Notes: a model not told the origin generated them from the sequence alone. 64,000 bases of DNA from Clostridia bacterium (GCA_017452475.1 JAFTMJ010000053.1:1512-65511), one strand, 5' to 3'; counted from the first letter of the stretch, positions 20,875-31,157 are shown. Numbers and translations: made by a program.

Positions 20875-22713
20875 ATGAAAAAAATCTTAGCTCTGCTTCT
20901 TTCACTGGTATTCCTCTTATCATGTGTTCCTTTGGTTGTTCTTGCCGAGGAGAATGATGAGAATGTGGAAATTACCAATATTGCTACGGTTAAAAACGCG
21001 TTGGCTTATGCAACAAGTGAAAAGAACTCTCTTTGGACTCCGGCTTTGTCGCTAAACGACGGTAAGCACAGCTCTGACACTTGGCAGGGTTGGGAGTGTG
21101 CATATCCTACCATTTCCGCAAGCGACAATACAGCAGGGGGCTTTGCGGGTCAGTACTGCGGTATTAAATTCACCAAAAGTGAGTACTATAAAATATACGA
21201 TATTAACATTAACTTAGGCTTGCATGCGGCAATGGGTGGTCAAAACCCACACTATACGGTGCAGTGCTTGGTTGAGGGTGTTTGGGTAACTGTTGCCGAG
21301 TTTAACGATTCTGACACAACGCCTGTTTCATATGCAACATATGAGGAGGCAATGGAGAAGGATACTGACTTTTATCATATTCCATCAAACATTTCTATTC
21401 ATCTTAGTGAGCCTATTACAACTAATAATGTAAGAATTACAGTTAGTGAGTATGCAAAGAATTATCCGGGCGGAGATGTGCTTATTTTCCCGTACATATA
21501 CGAAATAGAGCTTATGGGACACCGTGGAGAAACCCCGGACCTTGAGCTGCCCGAGGGTGCTGTTGTTTCAACAAACATTGGATATCATTCTTATCCCTAC
21601 GCTTCATCTTCAGAGGAGTTTAGGTATCCCTATTGTGCAATTGACGGCGAGGTAACATCTTATTGGATGCCGACAAGCGCTTCGGCAGGTGAGTATTTAG
21701 TTCTTGATTTTGTTGAGGCAAAGAAGCTTAATAAGGCTGTTGTCAGCTTTGGCGAATATATTCTTGGCAGGACCTATGTGGATTACGCCTTTGATATTGA
21801 GGCTTTTGTTGATGGACAGTGGGTTAAGCTTGCAAGTGGAACTGCCTTGGATGAGGAAAACAGTACATTGACTACCTCATATGGCTTTAGTGAGGTTGAA
21901 ACGAAGAAATTAAGAATAATTTTTACCGAGGATTACAAAAGACCGCCTACGGTATATGAATTTGAGGGACATCTAAGCGACTCGAAAACATATTATGTGG
22001 AGGATAGGTTTGACAACTATCAAAAGAACTCCGCTTCCAAGGGAAATATTGCCGTTATCGGCACTCCGTATGCAAGCACGGACTTTGTTCCTTACTCAGA
22101 CGTTAACTACATTAACGACGGTAGAACAAGCCAGCATGATTATTTATGGTTTACCGGTGTTATTGATATGCCATCGTACTGTGGATTGAAATTTTCTGAA
22201 AAGCATTTGATTGATAGGGTTGCTCTTTATTTTGATACACCCGACATAGAGGGTATAGATATTATGAGCATCCAAATACAGGCCTTAATTGACGGTGAGT
22301 ATGTCACGCTTGTTACCACAAAGTCCTACGATAAGGATATGAAATACTGTCCTGCCTTTCAGTTTGACCCTGTGGAAACAGATGATATAAGAATTTTGTA
22401 TACAGCAGGAAATGCTACCTTCGCCCACTTAAGGGAGCTGGAGGTGTATTCTCCAAATGGCATTGCTCCTATGTTTGAAGGCTTGGTTAAGCTTACAGAA
22501 CCACCGACATTTATGGACTTTACAACAAAAGCGCCATTGCCACAGCCCTCACCGCAACCAACGCCGACCCCGACTCCTGCACCGCAACAGAAACCGACTG
22601 TTCTGCCAGAGGAGGATAATACGGCTGTTATTGTAGTAGTATGCTCGGTTAGCGCAGTAGTGCTTTTAGCTGCAGTAATCGGCATTGTAATCATACGCAA
22701 AAAAAATAAGTAA
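20875..22713 (+). CDS. secreted multi-discoidin (F5/8 type C / galactose-binding-like) domain protein with C-terminal TM anchor
   Basis: Signal peptide MKKILALLLSLVFLLSCVPLVVLA. Repeated beta-sandwich segments with the ALNDG/AIDG/INDG + W pattern. Pro/Thr/Gln linker PLPQPSPQPTPTPTPAPQQKPT, then a TM helix and RKKNK tail. Confidence 0.65.
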   Translation: MKKILALLLSLVFLLSCVPLVVLAEENDENVEITNIATVKNALAYATSEKNSLWTPALSLNDGKHSSDTWQGWECAYPTISASDNTAGGFAGQYCGIKFTKSEYYKIYDININLGLHAAMGGQNPHYTVQCLVEGVWVTVAEFNDSDTTPVSYATYEEAMEKDTDFYHIPSNISIHLSEPITTNNVRITVSEYAKNYPGGDVLIFPYIYEIELMGHRGETPDLELPEGAVVSTNIGYHSYPYASSSEEFRYPYCAIDGEVTSYWMPTSASAGEYLVLDFVEAKKLNKAVVSFGEYILGRTYVDYAFDIEAFVDGQWVKLASGTALDEENSTLTTSYGFSEVETKKLRIIFTEDYKRPPTVYEFEGHLSDSKTYYVEDRFDNYQKNSASKGNIAVIGTPYASTDFVPYSDVNYINDGRTSQHDYLWFTGVIDMPSYCGLKFSEKHLIDRVALYFDTPDIEGIDIMSIQIQALIDGEYVTLVTTKSYDKDMKYCPAFQFDPVETDDIRILYTAGNATFAHLRELEVYSPNGIAPMFEGLVKLTEPPTFMDFTTKAPLPQPSPQPTPTPTPAPQQKPTVLPEEDNTAVIVVVCSVSAVVLLAAVIGIVIIRKKNK

Positions 22714-22808
22714 AGTTAGCTCACTTAAAAAGAGCATAAATATATTATTCATTGTTATGCCATGCCAAGAAAGTCTTGGCTTGACATAGAAATCAGGAGG
22801 AAAAAACA

Positions 22809-24161
22809 ATGAGCTTTAAAAATCAGTATCTTAACGAATTAATGGAGAGAGTAGTTAAGAGAAACGCAAACGAACCCGAATTCCACCAAACTGTAAAAGA
22901 GGTTCTCGAATCAATCGAGCCTGTTGTTGAGGCTCGCCCCGAGCTTATCAAAAGCGGCGTTCTTGAGAGAATGGTTGAGCCCGAAAGAATCATCAAATTT
23001 AGAGTTCCGTGGGTTGACGACAACGGTAATGTACAGGTAAACCGTGGCTTTAGAATTCAGTTCAACAGTGCCATCGGTCCATACAAGGGCGGTATCCGCT
23101 TCCATCCATCTGTTTACGAGGGAATTATTAAGTTCCTCGGCTTTGAACAGACCTTTAAGAACAGCTTGACATCACTTCCTATGGGCGGTGGTAAGGGCGG
23201 CTCTGACTTTGACCCACAGGGCAAGAGCGATGCAGAGGTTATGCGCTTCTGCCAGAGCTTTATGACAGAGCTTTCAAGACATATTGGCGCAGACCTTGAC
23301 GTTCCTGCAGGTGATATTGGCGTTGGAGCAAGAGAGGTTGGTTATATGTTCGGTCAGTACAAGAGGCTCCGTAACGAGTTTACAGGCGTTTTGACAGGCA
23401 AGGGCATCTCCTACGGTGGCTCACTCATCCGTCCGGAGGCTACAGGCTACGGCGCTGTTTACTACACAGTAAATATGCTTGACTACTTCAAGGATACAAT
23501 CAAGGGTAAGACCTTTGCAGTTTCCGGCTTTGGTAATGTTGCTTGGGGTACTGTTAAGAAGGTTAATGAGCTTGGCGGTAAGGTTGTTACAATTTCCGGT
23601 CCTGACGGATACATCTATGATGAGGATGGTATTTGCACAGAGGAAAAGATCAACTTTATGCTTGAAATGCGCGCTTCCTGCCGCAACAGAGTACAGGATT
23701 ATGCTGACAAGTTTGGCGTTCCTTTCTTTGCAGGTCAAAAGCCTTGGGGCGTTAAGGCAGATATTTTGATGCCTTGCGCAACACAGAACGAGGTTGGTAT
23801 GAAGGAAGCTGAGCAAATCGTTGCAAACGGCGTTAAGTATTATGTTGAGGTTTCCAATATGCCAACAACAAACGAGGCGGTTGCTTATCTTAAGGCAAAC
23901 GGTGTTATTGTTGCTCCTTCAAAGGCAGTTAACGCAGGTGGCGTTGCCGTTTCAGGTCTTGAAATGTCACAGAACTCTATGCGTTATAGCTGGACTGCAG
24001 AAGAGGTTGATGAAAAGCTTAAGAGCATTATGAAAAACATCTTTAACAACTCCATCACAGCAGCTAATAAGTACGGCTTGGGTGACGATCTTGTTGCAGG
24101 TGCTAATATTGCAGGCTTCATTAAGGTTGCTGATGCAATGCTTGCACAGGGTGTTGTTTAA
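22809..24161 (+). CDS. gdhA: NADP-specific glutamate dehydrogenase
   Basis: Catalytic-region KGGIRFHP, LPMGGGKGGSDFDP and dinucleotide fold GFGNVAW; full-length GdhA similarity. Confidence 0.95.
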   Translation: MSFKNQYLNELMERVVKRNANEPEFHQTVKEVLESIEPVVEARPELIKSGVLERMVEPERIIKFRVPWVDDNGNVQVNRGFRIQFNSAIGPYKGGIRFHPSVYEGIIKFLGFEQTFKNSLTSLPMGGGKGGSDFDPQGKSDAEVMRFCQSFMTELSRHIGADLDVPAGDIGVGAREVGYMFGQYKRLRNEFTGVLTGKGISYGGSLIRPEATGYGAVYYTVNMLDYFKDTIKGKTFAVSGFGNVAWGTVKKVNELGGKVVTISGPDGYIYDEDGICTEEKINFMLEMRASCRNRVQDYADKFGVPFFAGQKPWGVKADILMPCATQNEVGMKEAEQIVANGVKYYVEVSNMPTTNEAVAYLKANGVIVAPSKAVNAGGVAVSGLEMSQNSMRYSWTAEEVDEKLKSIMKNIFNNSITAANKYGLGDDLVAGANIAGFIKVADAMLAQGVV

Positions 24162-24225
24162 TAAATTATTAATTAACTAAAAAAATTAATTTATAAAGCT
24201 TTTACAAAAAAATGCACAAATCGTA

Positions 24226-24254
24226 TTGATTTTTGTACAAAGTTATTGTATAAT
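24226..24254 (+). promoter_or_regulatory. sigma-A type promoter
   Basis: TTGATT - 17 nt - TATAAT. Confidence 0.5.
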
Positions 24255-24292
24255 ATTTGTGGCGAAATGTAAAAATTTTTATTAGGAGGTTA

Positions 24293-25978
24293 ATGATGAA
24301 AAAGTTTTTCGCACTTTTGCTCGTGGTTTTAATGCTTTTACCAAGCATTGTTGCCTGCGGTGAGGAAAGAGAAGAGCCAACAACATCTTCAACACCGGCA
24401 GCTACAACACCAAGCTCAAAGCCAAGTACGACACCAAGCTCAAAGCCCAGCACAACGCCAAGCTCCAAGCCCGGTACTACTGAAAGCTCAAAGCCCGGTA
24501 CTACTGAAAGCTCAAAGCCCGGCACTACTGAGAGCTCAAAGCCTGCTACCGGTACAAGCAGCAGCACAACGGGCCCGGTAACCCCTGATCCAATTCCGAT
24601 TACACCACCACCGGTTGTAACAAGCTGGACAGGCAAAACAGTTAGAATTTTGGCTACAACTTGGACAGGTGAAGACCCAAGCGCTCCTTGGTCACAGGTT
24701 GAATTGACAGTTGGTCCTGATGACTGGTATGAAAACACAGGCTTCGGCCAGACAATCAACGAGGCAGTTCTTAAGAGAAATGAGTTCATTAAGAATACAT
24801 ACGGTGTAACTATCGAATGGATTAATGCTCGTGGCTCTGCAATTTCTAACCAGATCCAAGAGGCAGTCGTTGGTGATAACGAGGAAACTCGTTACAATAT
24901 TGCAATGCCTCGTATGTATGAGGCGCAGAGCATTGTTGCTACACAGTGTATCTACAACCTTGCAGACCAAAAATACATCTCTCTTAGCCAGCCTTACTAC
25001 AATCAGGCATCGGTTGAGGCGTATACAATTAGTGGCTTCACACTCTTTGTTGCAGGTGATTTCAGCTTCCTTGACGAGCAAACATCTTATTTAACATATT
25101 ACAATGTTGCTCTTACTGAAACAGACGGCTTGAAGGAAAACTTCCCTGACCTTTACACATTGGTTAAGGAAGGCAAGTGGACCATCGACCAGATGGTAAG
25201 CCTTGCAAAGCTTGTTTCTAAGCAGGTTGGCGACCCTGCATGGGATGACAACGATATTTACGGCTATGGTACTGCTAACCTTTCAAGGTTCTTCCAGTAC
25301 AGCGGCATTCAGCAGGTTTCTGCTTTGGACGGCAAGTATGTTATTACTTTGAGCGATCCTAAGGTAGAAACTCTTATCGGTAAGCTTATCGACATCACTA
25401 ACGAAAAGAGCTGCAGAACAAAGTGGAGTGGCGACGGATTTACTGCACTTGGTAATGCATTCTTTGAAGGTAGACTTCTTTTCTATGATGAAGTTATTCA
25501 AAAGTCCGACTATATGGATGAACAGAATGACGAGTTTAAGGTTGGTCTTCTTCCTTCACCAAAGCTCAATGAGGCTCAGTACTCATACCACACACCATGC
25601 TCATATCAGTCTGTTGTAATGTGCATTCCTAAGGCAACATCTAGCAGAAGTATGTCTAACTATTTCTTCGAGGTTCTTTCCTATACAGGTAATGTATATA
25701 TAATGAAGGCTTATAAGGACAATCTCAGAACAAAGCTTTATGCTGAGACAGCAACACAGAGTATGGATATCATCGAAAACTATATTTTCCCGAACCTTTG
25801 CTATGACCAAGGTTATATGTATGGTTGGACAGGTCTTTTGAACTCCGTTCAGAGCGAGTCCTACAGCAGCGGTGAGAACAAGTTTACAGCTGAATACGAG
25901 GGTAGCATTTCAGAGGCAGCAGAAACAGTTGGTGCTTGGAATACTGCTTGGAAGTATTATACTGACGATATCGAGTAA
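24293..25978 (+). CDS. extracellular solute-binding lipoprotein (ABC-type sugar-binding family), orphan
   Basis: Lipobox LLPSIVAC, Ser/Thr/Pro-rich tether, then an about 430-aa domain resembling family-1 sugar SBPs. No permease or ATPase gene is adjacent. Confidence 0.7.
   Translation: MMKKFFALLLVVLMLLPSIVACGEEREEPTTSSTPAATTPSSKPSTTPSSKPSTTPSSKPGTTESSKPGTTESSKPGTTESSKPATGTSSSTTGPVTPDPIPITPPPVVTSWTGKTVRILATTWTGEDPSAPWSQVELTVGPDDWYENTGFGQTINEAVLKRNEFIKNTYGVTIEWINARGSAISNQIQEAVVGDNEETRYNIAMPRMYEAQSIVATQCIYNLADQKYISLSQPYYNQASVEAYTISGFTLFVAGDFSFLDEQTSYLTYYNVALTETDGLKENFPDLYTLVKEGKWTIDQMVSLAKLVSKQVGDPAWDDNDIYGYGTANLSRFFQYSGIQQVSALDGKYVITLSDPKVETLIGKLIDITNEKSCRTKWSGDGFTALGNAFFEGRLLFYDEVIQKSDYMDEQNDEFKVGLLPSPKLNEAQYSYHTPCSYQSVVMCIPKATSSRSMSNYFFEVLSYTGNVYIMKAYKDNLRTKLYAETATQSMDIIENYIFPNLCYDQGYMYGWTGLLNSVQSESYSSGENKFTAEYEGSISEAAETVGAWNTAWKYYTDDIE
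24407..24550 (+). repeat. six tandem 24-bp coding repeats (TPSSKPST x3, TESSKPGT x3) in the lipoprotein tether
   Basis: Consecutive 24-nt units all sharing AGCTC(A/C)AAGCC, read directly from the sequence. Confidence 0.9.
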
Positions 25979-25986
25979 AATTTTAT

Positions 25987-26020
25987 AAAACGGGTTGTTT
26001 TACAACCCGTTTTTCTTTTT
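25987..26020 (+). terminator. intrinsic terminator
   Basis: AAAACGGGTTGT-TTT-ACAACCCGTTTTTCTTTTT. Confidence 0.7.
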
Positions 26021-26026
26021 TTATGA

Positions 26027-26055
26027 TTGAAAAAATTGTAATAATATGCTATACT
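26027..26055 (+). promoter_or_regulatory. sigma-A type promoter for alpha-galactosidase gene
   Basis: TTGAAA - 17 nt - TGCTATACT. Confidence 0.5.
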
Positions 26056-26081
26056 AAATAAAAAGCTTAAGGAGGTTTACT

Positions 26082-28280
26082 GTGGCTATTATTATTAATA
26101 AGGAAGATAAAACCTATACACTGGTTACCAAAAACACAATGTATCAAATGAAGGTGGATGAGCTTGGAGTTCTGGAGCACACCTACTATGGCGCAAAAAT
26201 GGAATATATGGATATGCACTACGGCGTTGAATGTAAGTTTGGCACGTCCTTTTCACCTAACCCTGCTGATTACCCCAAAGGTGAGTGGGCGTATTCATAT
26301 AACGGACTTCATCAAGAGATGTCCTGCGCAGGCATAGGCGACTTTAGGCTAACCGCCATGGGCGTGCGCCATTCTGATGGCTCCTTTGGTGTTGAGCCTC
26401 GCTTTGTATCTGCAAGAGCAGAAAAGGGCAAGTACGCTTTAAAAGACTTGCCGTCCTTCTATGGCGAGGAGGCTGACACATTGGTTGTAACCCTTAAGGA
26501 CAACACAAATGATGTTTATTTTCACCTTTATTACGGCGTTTTTGAGGATTATGATTTAATTACAAGAAGCATTGTTGTAGAGAACAAAACAGGTAAGTCA
26601 ATTAAGCTTGAAAAGGCAATGACCTTGACTCTTGATTTGCCCTGCGGCTCATACGATATGCTTTACTTCCACGGCAGACACACCCGTGAAAGGATGCTTG
26701 AGCGCACAAGCATTAAGCATGCGGAAACAACTGTTGCAAGCATGCGCGGCGCATCTTCCCATATGGAAAACCCCTTCGCTATAATTTGTGATAAGAACGC
26801 AAATGAGGATTACGGCTCTGCTTGGGGCATCGGAATTGTATATAGCGGCAACTTCCAAATTTCCGCATCAAAGAACCTGCAGGAAAAGACCCGTGTGGTT
26901 GCAGGCATCAATCCCGAAAACTTCAGCTTTGAGGTTGAACCAAACGGCACATTTACCTGTCCTGAGGTTGCAATGGTGTATAGTGACAGTGGCTTTGCAA
27001 AAATGTCAAACTCCTTCCACCACGCAATCCGCAACAACCTTTGCAGGGGTAAGTTTAAAAATGCGGTTCGTCCGGTCCTTATCAACAACTGGGAGGGCAC
27101 ATATTTTGATTTTAATGCCGATAAGCTTGTTTCAATGGCTCACGAGGCTAAGAAAATGGGCGTTGAGCTATTTGTTATGGATGACGGTTGGTTTGGAAAG
27201 AGAGATAATGACCGCTGCGCTTTAGGTGACTGGATTCCTAACGAAAACAAGCTTCAGGGTACGCTTCCCGAGCTTGCAAGGAGAATAAACGAAGAGGGAA
27301 TGAAGTTTGGTATTTGGTTTGAGCCTGAGTGTATTTCCGAGGACAGCGACCTTTACCGCGCCCATCCCGACTACGCCTTTGCAATGCCAAACAGAGCTCC
27401 GCAGGTTTCAAGAAACCAATATGTTCTCGATTTCTCCCGCAAGGAGGTTGTTGATAACATCTATAACCAAATGGTTAAGGTGCTTGACAGCGCTAATATT
27501 TCATATGTAAAATGGGACTTTAACAGGCATATTACAGACATATACAGTGTTGCATTGCCTGCTGACAAGCAGGGTGAGGTATATCACCGCTATATGTTGG
27601 GTGTCTATGACCTGCTTGAAAGGATTACATCAAGGTATCCCGACATTTTGTTTGAGTCCTGCTCAGGCGGCGGCGGACGCTTCGATATGGGTATGCTTTA
27701 CTATATGCCACAGGTGTGGACAAGTGATAACAGCGATGCGATTGACAGGCTTAAAATTCAGTACGGTACATCCTTTGCATATCCGGTTTCCGCAATGGGT
27801 GCTCACGTTTCAGTTTGTCCTAATCACCAAAATGCCCGTGTAACTCCTCTTAAAACGAGAGGAAATGTGGCATATTTCGGCACATACGGTCTTGAGCTTG
27901 ATGTTACAAAGATGACGGACGAGGAAAAGGCTGAAATTTCCCGCCAAATCAAGGAGTTTAAACAGTATTACGAGCTTATTCAGCGCGGTGATTACTATCG
28001 ATTAATTTCACCATTCACCCCACAGGAAAGCTTGTACTGTGCTTGGGAAGCGGTAAAGCCCGACGGCAGTGAAGCCCTTGTGTGCGCCGTTCGATACGAA
28101 ACCGATGCAAGCACAGCCCCTGAGTATGTAAAGCTAAAGGGACTTTGCCCTAACAAGCTTTATAGGGTTAACGGAAGCGAAAGAAAATATTTGGGCGCTG
28201 CTCTTATGAACATCGGTATATTGATGGAATATGATTTCTTTGAATATCCGTCAAGGCTATACCACATTACATTAGCATAA
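26082..28280 (+). CDS. alpha-galactosidase, glycoside hydrolase family 36
   Basis: GTG start after AAGGAGG. GH36 hallmarks NNWEGTYFDF, ELFVMDDGWF, KWDFNR, CSGGGGRFD, WTSDN. Confidence 0.9.
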   Translation: MAIIINKEDKTYTLVTKNTMYQMKVDELGVLEHTYYGAKMEYMDMHYGVECKFGTSFSPNPADYPKGEWAYSYNGLHQEMSCAGIGDFRLTAMGVRHSDGSFGVEPRFVSARAEKGKYALKDLPSFYGEEADTLVVTLKDNTNDVYFHLYYGVFEDYDLITRSIVVENKTGKSIKLEKAMTLTLDLPCGSYDMLYFHGRHTRERMLERTSIKHAETTVASMRGASSHMENPFAIICDKNANEDYGSAWGIGIVYSGNFQISASKNLQEKTRVVAGINPENFSFEVEPNGTFTCPEVAMVYSDSGFAKMSNSFHHAIRNNLCRGKFKNAVRPVLINNWEGTYFDFNADKLVSMAHEAKKMGVELFVMDDGWFGKRDNDRCALGDWIPNENKLQGTLPELARRINEEGMKFGIWFEPECISEDSDLYRAHPDYAFAMPNRAPQVSRNQYVLDFSRKEVVDNIYNQMVKVLDSANISYVKWDFNRHITDIYSVALPADKQGEVYHRYMLGVYDLLERITSRYPDILFESCSGGGGRFDMGMLYYMPQVWTSDNSDAIDRLKIQYGTSFAYPVSAMGAHVSVCPNHQNARVTPLKTRGNVAYFGTYGLELDVTKMTDEEKAEISRQIKEFKQYYELIQRGDYYRLISPFTPQESLYCAWEAVKPDGSEALVCAVRYETDASTAPEYVKLKGLCPNKLYRVNGSERKYLGAALMNIGILMEYDFFEYPSRLYHITLA

Positions 28281-28284
28281 AACA

Positions 28285-28317
28285 AAAAAGGCTATTGCCC
28301 TCTGCAATAGCCTTTTT
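28285..28317. terminator. bidirectional intrinsic terminator (alpha-galactosidase / hprK convergent)
   Basis: AAAAAGGCTATTGC-CCTCT-GCAATAGCCTTTTT. Confidence 0.7.
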
Positions 28318-28323
28318 GAAAAA

Positions 28324-29265
28324 CTAAGCCTTATAAATTTCTTCAAGCCTTTTGTTAAATTCCTTTGCGGTGTTGTAGCCCATTTTCTTGAGCCTGGAGT
28401 TCATTGCGGCAATTTCCAAAATAACCGCTAAATTTCTACCGGGGCGTACAGGCACATTAATTGTTGGCACCTTGATTCCAAGAATATCAACATATTCTGT
28501 TTCGATGCCCAGCCTGTCGTAAATCTTCCCCTCAATCCAAGGCTCAAAGTTTATAACAAGCTCAATCTTTTCTGTTTCTTTAACCGCGCCCGCACCGAAA
28601 ATGCGGCGTATATCAATAATGCCGATACCGCGAAGCTCCATATAGTAACGGATAATTTCCGGGGCTTTGCCAACAAGGGTTTTTTCTGAAACCTTGCTAA
28701 TTTCAACTGCGTCGTCAGCTATTAAGCGGTGACCTCTTTTGATAAGCTCAATTGCTGTTTCGCTTTTGCCGATACCGCTATCCCCCGTAATAAGTATACC
28801 CTCGCCGTAAACCTCAACCAAAACGCCGTGGCGTGTGATTGTTGGGGCAAGATGTACCTTCAAGGAGGCGATAACGCTTGAAATAAAGCTGTTTGTGGAA
28901 ACCGAGGTCTTGAGCAACGGGATGGAAAATTCCTCCGCGAACTCCACCATTTCGGGATAAGGGCCTATGTTTCTTGCGGTGATAATGCAAACAGGCTTGC
29001 GCTCCATAAATGCGCGGAGCTTGTCGCGGCGCTCCTGCGGTGTGCATTTTGCAAGGTAGATTGCCTCAACCCTGCCGATTATGTGTATTCTTTCCGGGTC
29101 GAAGTAGTCAAAAAAACCTGCAAGGGGCAAACCAGGGCGGTTTATTTCAGGCCTTGTAATCATTACGGACTCAATATCGCTTGGGGCGTATATGGTTTCG
29201 AGATTGAACTCCTTAATCAGCGTTGTTAAAGCAACCGATTTTGTGGTTTTGCTTGTATTATCCAT
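28324..29265 (-). CDS. hprK: HPr kinase/phosphorylase
   Basis: Walker A GDSGIGKSE, LIADDAVE, MELRGIGIIDIRRIFG signature. Confidence 0.95.
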   Translation of the reverse strand: MDNTSKTTKSVALTTLIKEFNLETIYAPSDIESVMITRPEINRPGLPLAGFFDYFDPERIHIIGRVEAIYLAKCTPQERRDKLRAFMERKPVCIITARNIGPYPEMVEFAEEFSIPLLKTSVSTNSFISSVIASLKVHLAPTITRHGVLVEVYGEGILITGDSGIGKSETAIELIKRGHRLIADDAVEISKVSEKTLVGKAPEIIRYYMELRGIGIIDIRRIFGAGAVKETEKIELVINFEPWIEGKIYDRLGIETEYVDILGIKVPTINVPVRPGRNLAVILEIAAMNSRLKKMGYNTAKEFNKRLEEIYKA

Positions 29266-29343
29266 AAAAAATCTCCTAAATTTACTTCTTAATTAATTTT
29301 ATCATAGAGAAAATAAAAAAGCAATAAATATAGGTAAAATAAT

Positions 29344-30258
29344 ATGAAATTAACTTCAAAAGCAAGATTAGATGGTGAAATGCCAATGGTTATTACCGAT
29401 TTGAACGGTAATATAATTCATGTAAATTCAAAAGCAAGAAATGCCCTTCCCACATTGAGAAAGGGCACAAGCGTGTCACAGTACATTGACCTTGACTATC
29501 TAAGAAAGCTTTCAATGCTTGGTAACCGTATGGACACGGTTGAAATAAAAAGTCACAGCTTTAACTGTGCTATTTTAAGGGTGGCAGGCACAGGTGCCAC
29601 AAGAACTGTACAGGTTTACTTCATGAAAACGCAAGGCGACACGCAAGAGGACTTTATTAACAATAAAATGCTCCTTGCAAGCTACGGAGATGTTGTTAAT
29701 AGCGGCAAATACGGTGTAATAAGGCTGGCAGAGCTTATGCCGAAAATTGCCGAGGTACTAAGAAACGACCTAAGGTTTGCATATCGCAAGGTGGAAATTG
29801 CGGAGTACGGTATTGACGGTGAGCTATACGTTAACTTTGCCCACCTTGCCACAATAGTGACAGGTACTATAGCGGTTCTTAACGAGATAGAATACAGAAA
29901 TCCCATTTCAATTTGCATAGAGAATATGATGGGTGAGTATGTTTTAACTGTCTCGGTTGATGCCACTACCCTTAAAGAGGGGAACGGCTTGCTTGGGTTT
30001 GTCGAGCTTTATCCAAAATCCGCTATGCGCCTTATGTATATAACGGGAATTTGTGAAAATGACAAAATAGGCTACAAGCTTTCAATTAAGCCAAACGGAA
30101 TAAAAGCAAGTTACATAATCACGGAAGCAGTAACCAAATCTAAGGAAACAGGCCTTTCCGCGCTTACCTTGGACGAGTCTGCATTTATCAAGCGTATTTT
30201 GGAGCTTTTTACAAGCGATGGCATCAAATCACATACAGCAGATAAAAAGGAAGACTAA
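29344..30258 (+). CDS. hypothetical protein (PAS-like N-terminus, possible degenerate GHKL-like C-terminus)
   Basis: ORF only. The N-terminal segment MVITDLNGNIIHVNSKARNAL is PAS-like. The C-terminal half has a weak histidine-kinase-ATPase-like pattern without conserved G-boxes. Confidence 0.45.
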   Translation: MKLTSKARLDGEMPMVITDLNGNIIHVNSKARNALPTLRKGTSVSQYIDLDYLRKLSMLGNRMDTVEIKSHSFNCAILRVAGTGATRTVQVYFMKTQGDTQEDFINNKMLLASYGDVVNSGKYGVIRLAELMPKIAEVLRNDLRFAYRKVEIAEYGIDGELYVNFAHLATIVTGTIAVLNEIEYRNPISICIENMMGEYVLTVSVDATTLKEGNGLLGFVELYPKSAMRLMYITGICENDKIGYKLSIKPNGIKASYIITEAVTKSKETGLSALTLDESAFIKRILELFTSDGIKSHTADKKED

Positions 30259-30764
30259 CGGAACAGTAAAAGCAGGGCAAGCATAGTAATAAGGTCTAAG
30301 CTGTCGCCCTCGCCACCCTCGGCAAGCATAAGAATTAGTGCAATAAGAAGCAAATCATCCTTGGCTATCCCGTCTAAAAGCTTTCTTATTCCACCCTCAA
30401 TTGGCGAATGTTCATTTCTTTCACTGTCCATAATGCCATTTAAGGATTTAACGGTAGGCACATTATCATTCACACCGCTTTCAACGGTTTTGCTTGGGGG
30501 AGTGTCTGAGTTTGCCGTTGCTTCTGCTTCTTGTGCAAGCAAAAAACCATTGCTTTCGCTATTTTTTGCTTGACCTTGCTCCACATCCTTAATGGCATTG
30601 TCAATCACCTCTTGGAATGTTGGGGAAACACTTTTTCTTACGTTTTGTAAAGGCGGTGCTTCCTTGGGGCGGTGCATTTTGGTTTCAGTGTTTTCTACCT
30701 GCTGCCTAAACCTGCTTCCGCTATAGTTTTTTGGGATTTCAACTCCGTTATACCTTGTAAACAT
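30255..30764 (-). CDS. hypothetical protein with C-terminal hydrophobic segment
   Basis: ORF with SD-like GGTGA upstream; last gene of a three-gene minus-strand cluster; no recognised motif. Confidence 0.45.
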   Translation of the reverse strand: MFTRYNGVEIPKNYSGSRFRQQVENTETKMHRPKEAPPLQNVRKSVSPTFQEVIDNAIKDVEQGQAKNSESNGFLLAQEAEATANSDTPPSKTVESGVNDNVPTVKSLNGIMDSERNEHSPIEGGIRKLLDGIAKDDLLLIALILMLAEGGEGDSLDLITMLALLLLFR

Positions 30765-30773
30765 AGTATCACC

Positions 30774-31157
30774 TCACTTTACAAGCCGCATAAGCTCTGA
30801 CACCTGCGTCATCTTTACCACGTTGTCAATAATTTCACACCGTTCCTTGCTAAGGTATGGCTTAAGGGCAATTAACAGTTGAGAATTTTTTGAAATTTTT
30901 TCGCTTATTTTGGTCAATGCTTTGGGTAGCTGCAATGCTTCTTGGCTACCCGTTTCGGCTGGCGAAGTGTCTGCTTTTTTTGTGTTTTCCTCGCTTTTTG
31001 TTATGCTTACGGCAGGGGAAATAGCTTCCATAATCTCTGGTAGCCTGTCAATCATATTTTCCTTGTCCCCGTCCTTGGCAATTGAGGAAATCTTTGATAT
31101 TATGTCGGGGTTTTCCGCTATTTTACTTAAAATATCGTTTATACTGTTGTCAGCCAT
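30774..31157 (-). CDS. hypothetical protein
   Basis: ORF overlapping the upstream gene by 8 nt; low-complexity centre and conserved-looking C-terminus LLIALKPYLSKERCEIIDNVVKMTQ. Confidence 0.45.
   Translation of the reverse strand: MADNSINDILSKIAENPDIISKISSIAKDGDKENMIDRLPEIMEAISPAVSITKSEENTKKADTSPAETGSQEALQLPKALTKISEKISKNSQLLIALKPYLSKERCEIIDNVVKMTQVSELMRLVK

Noticed and set aside
24202-24789. 195-aa minus-strand ORF with repetitive VPGFELSV units
   Set aside because: It is the antisense reading of the 24-bp tandem repeats in the lipoprotein tether. The plus-strand gene has a lipobox, an SD and a conserved SBP domain.
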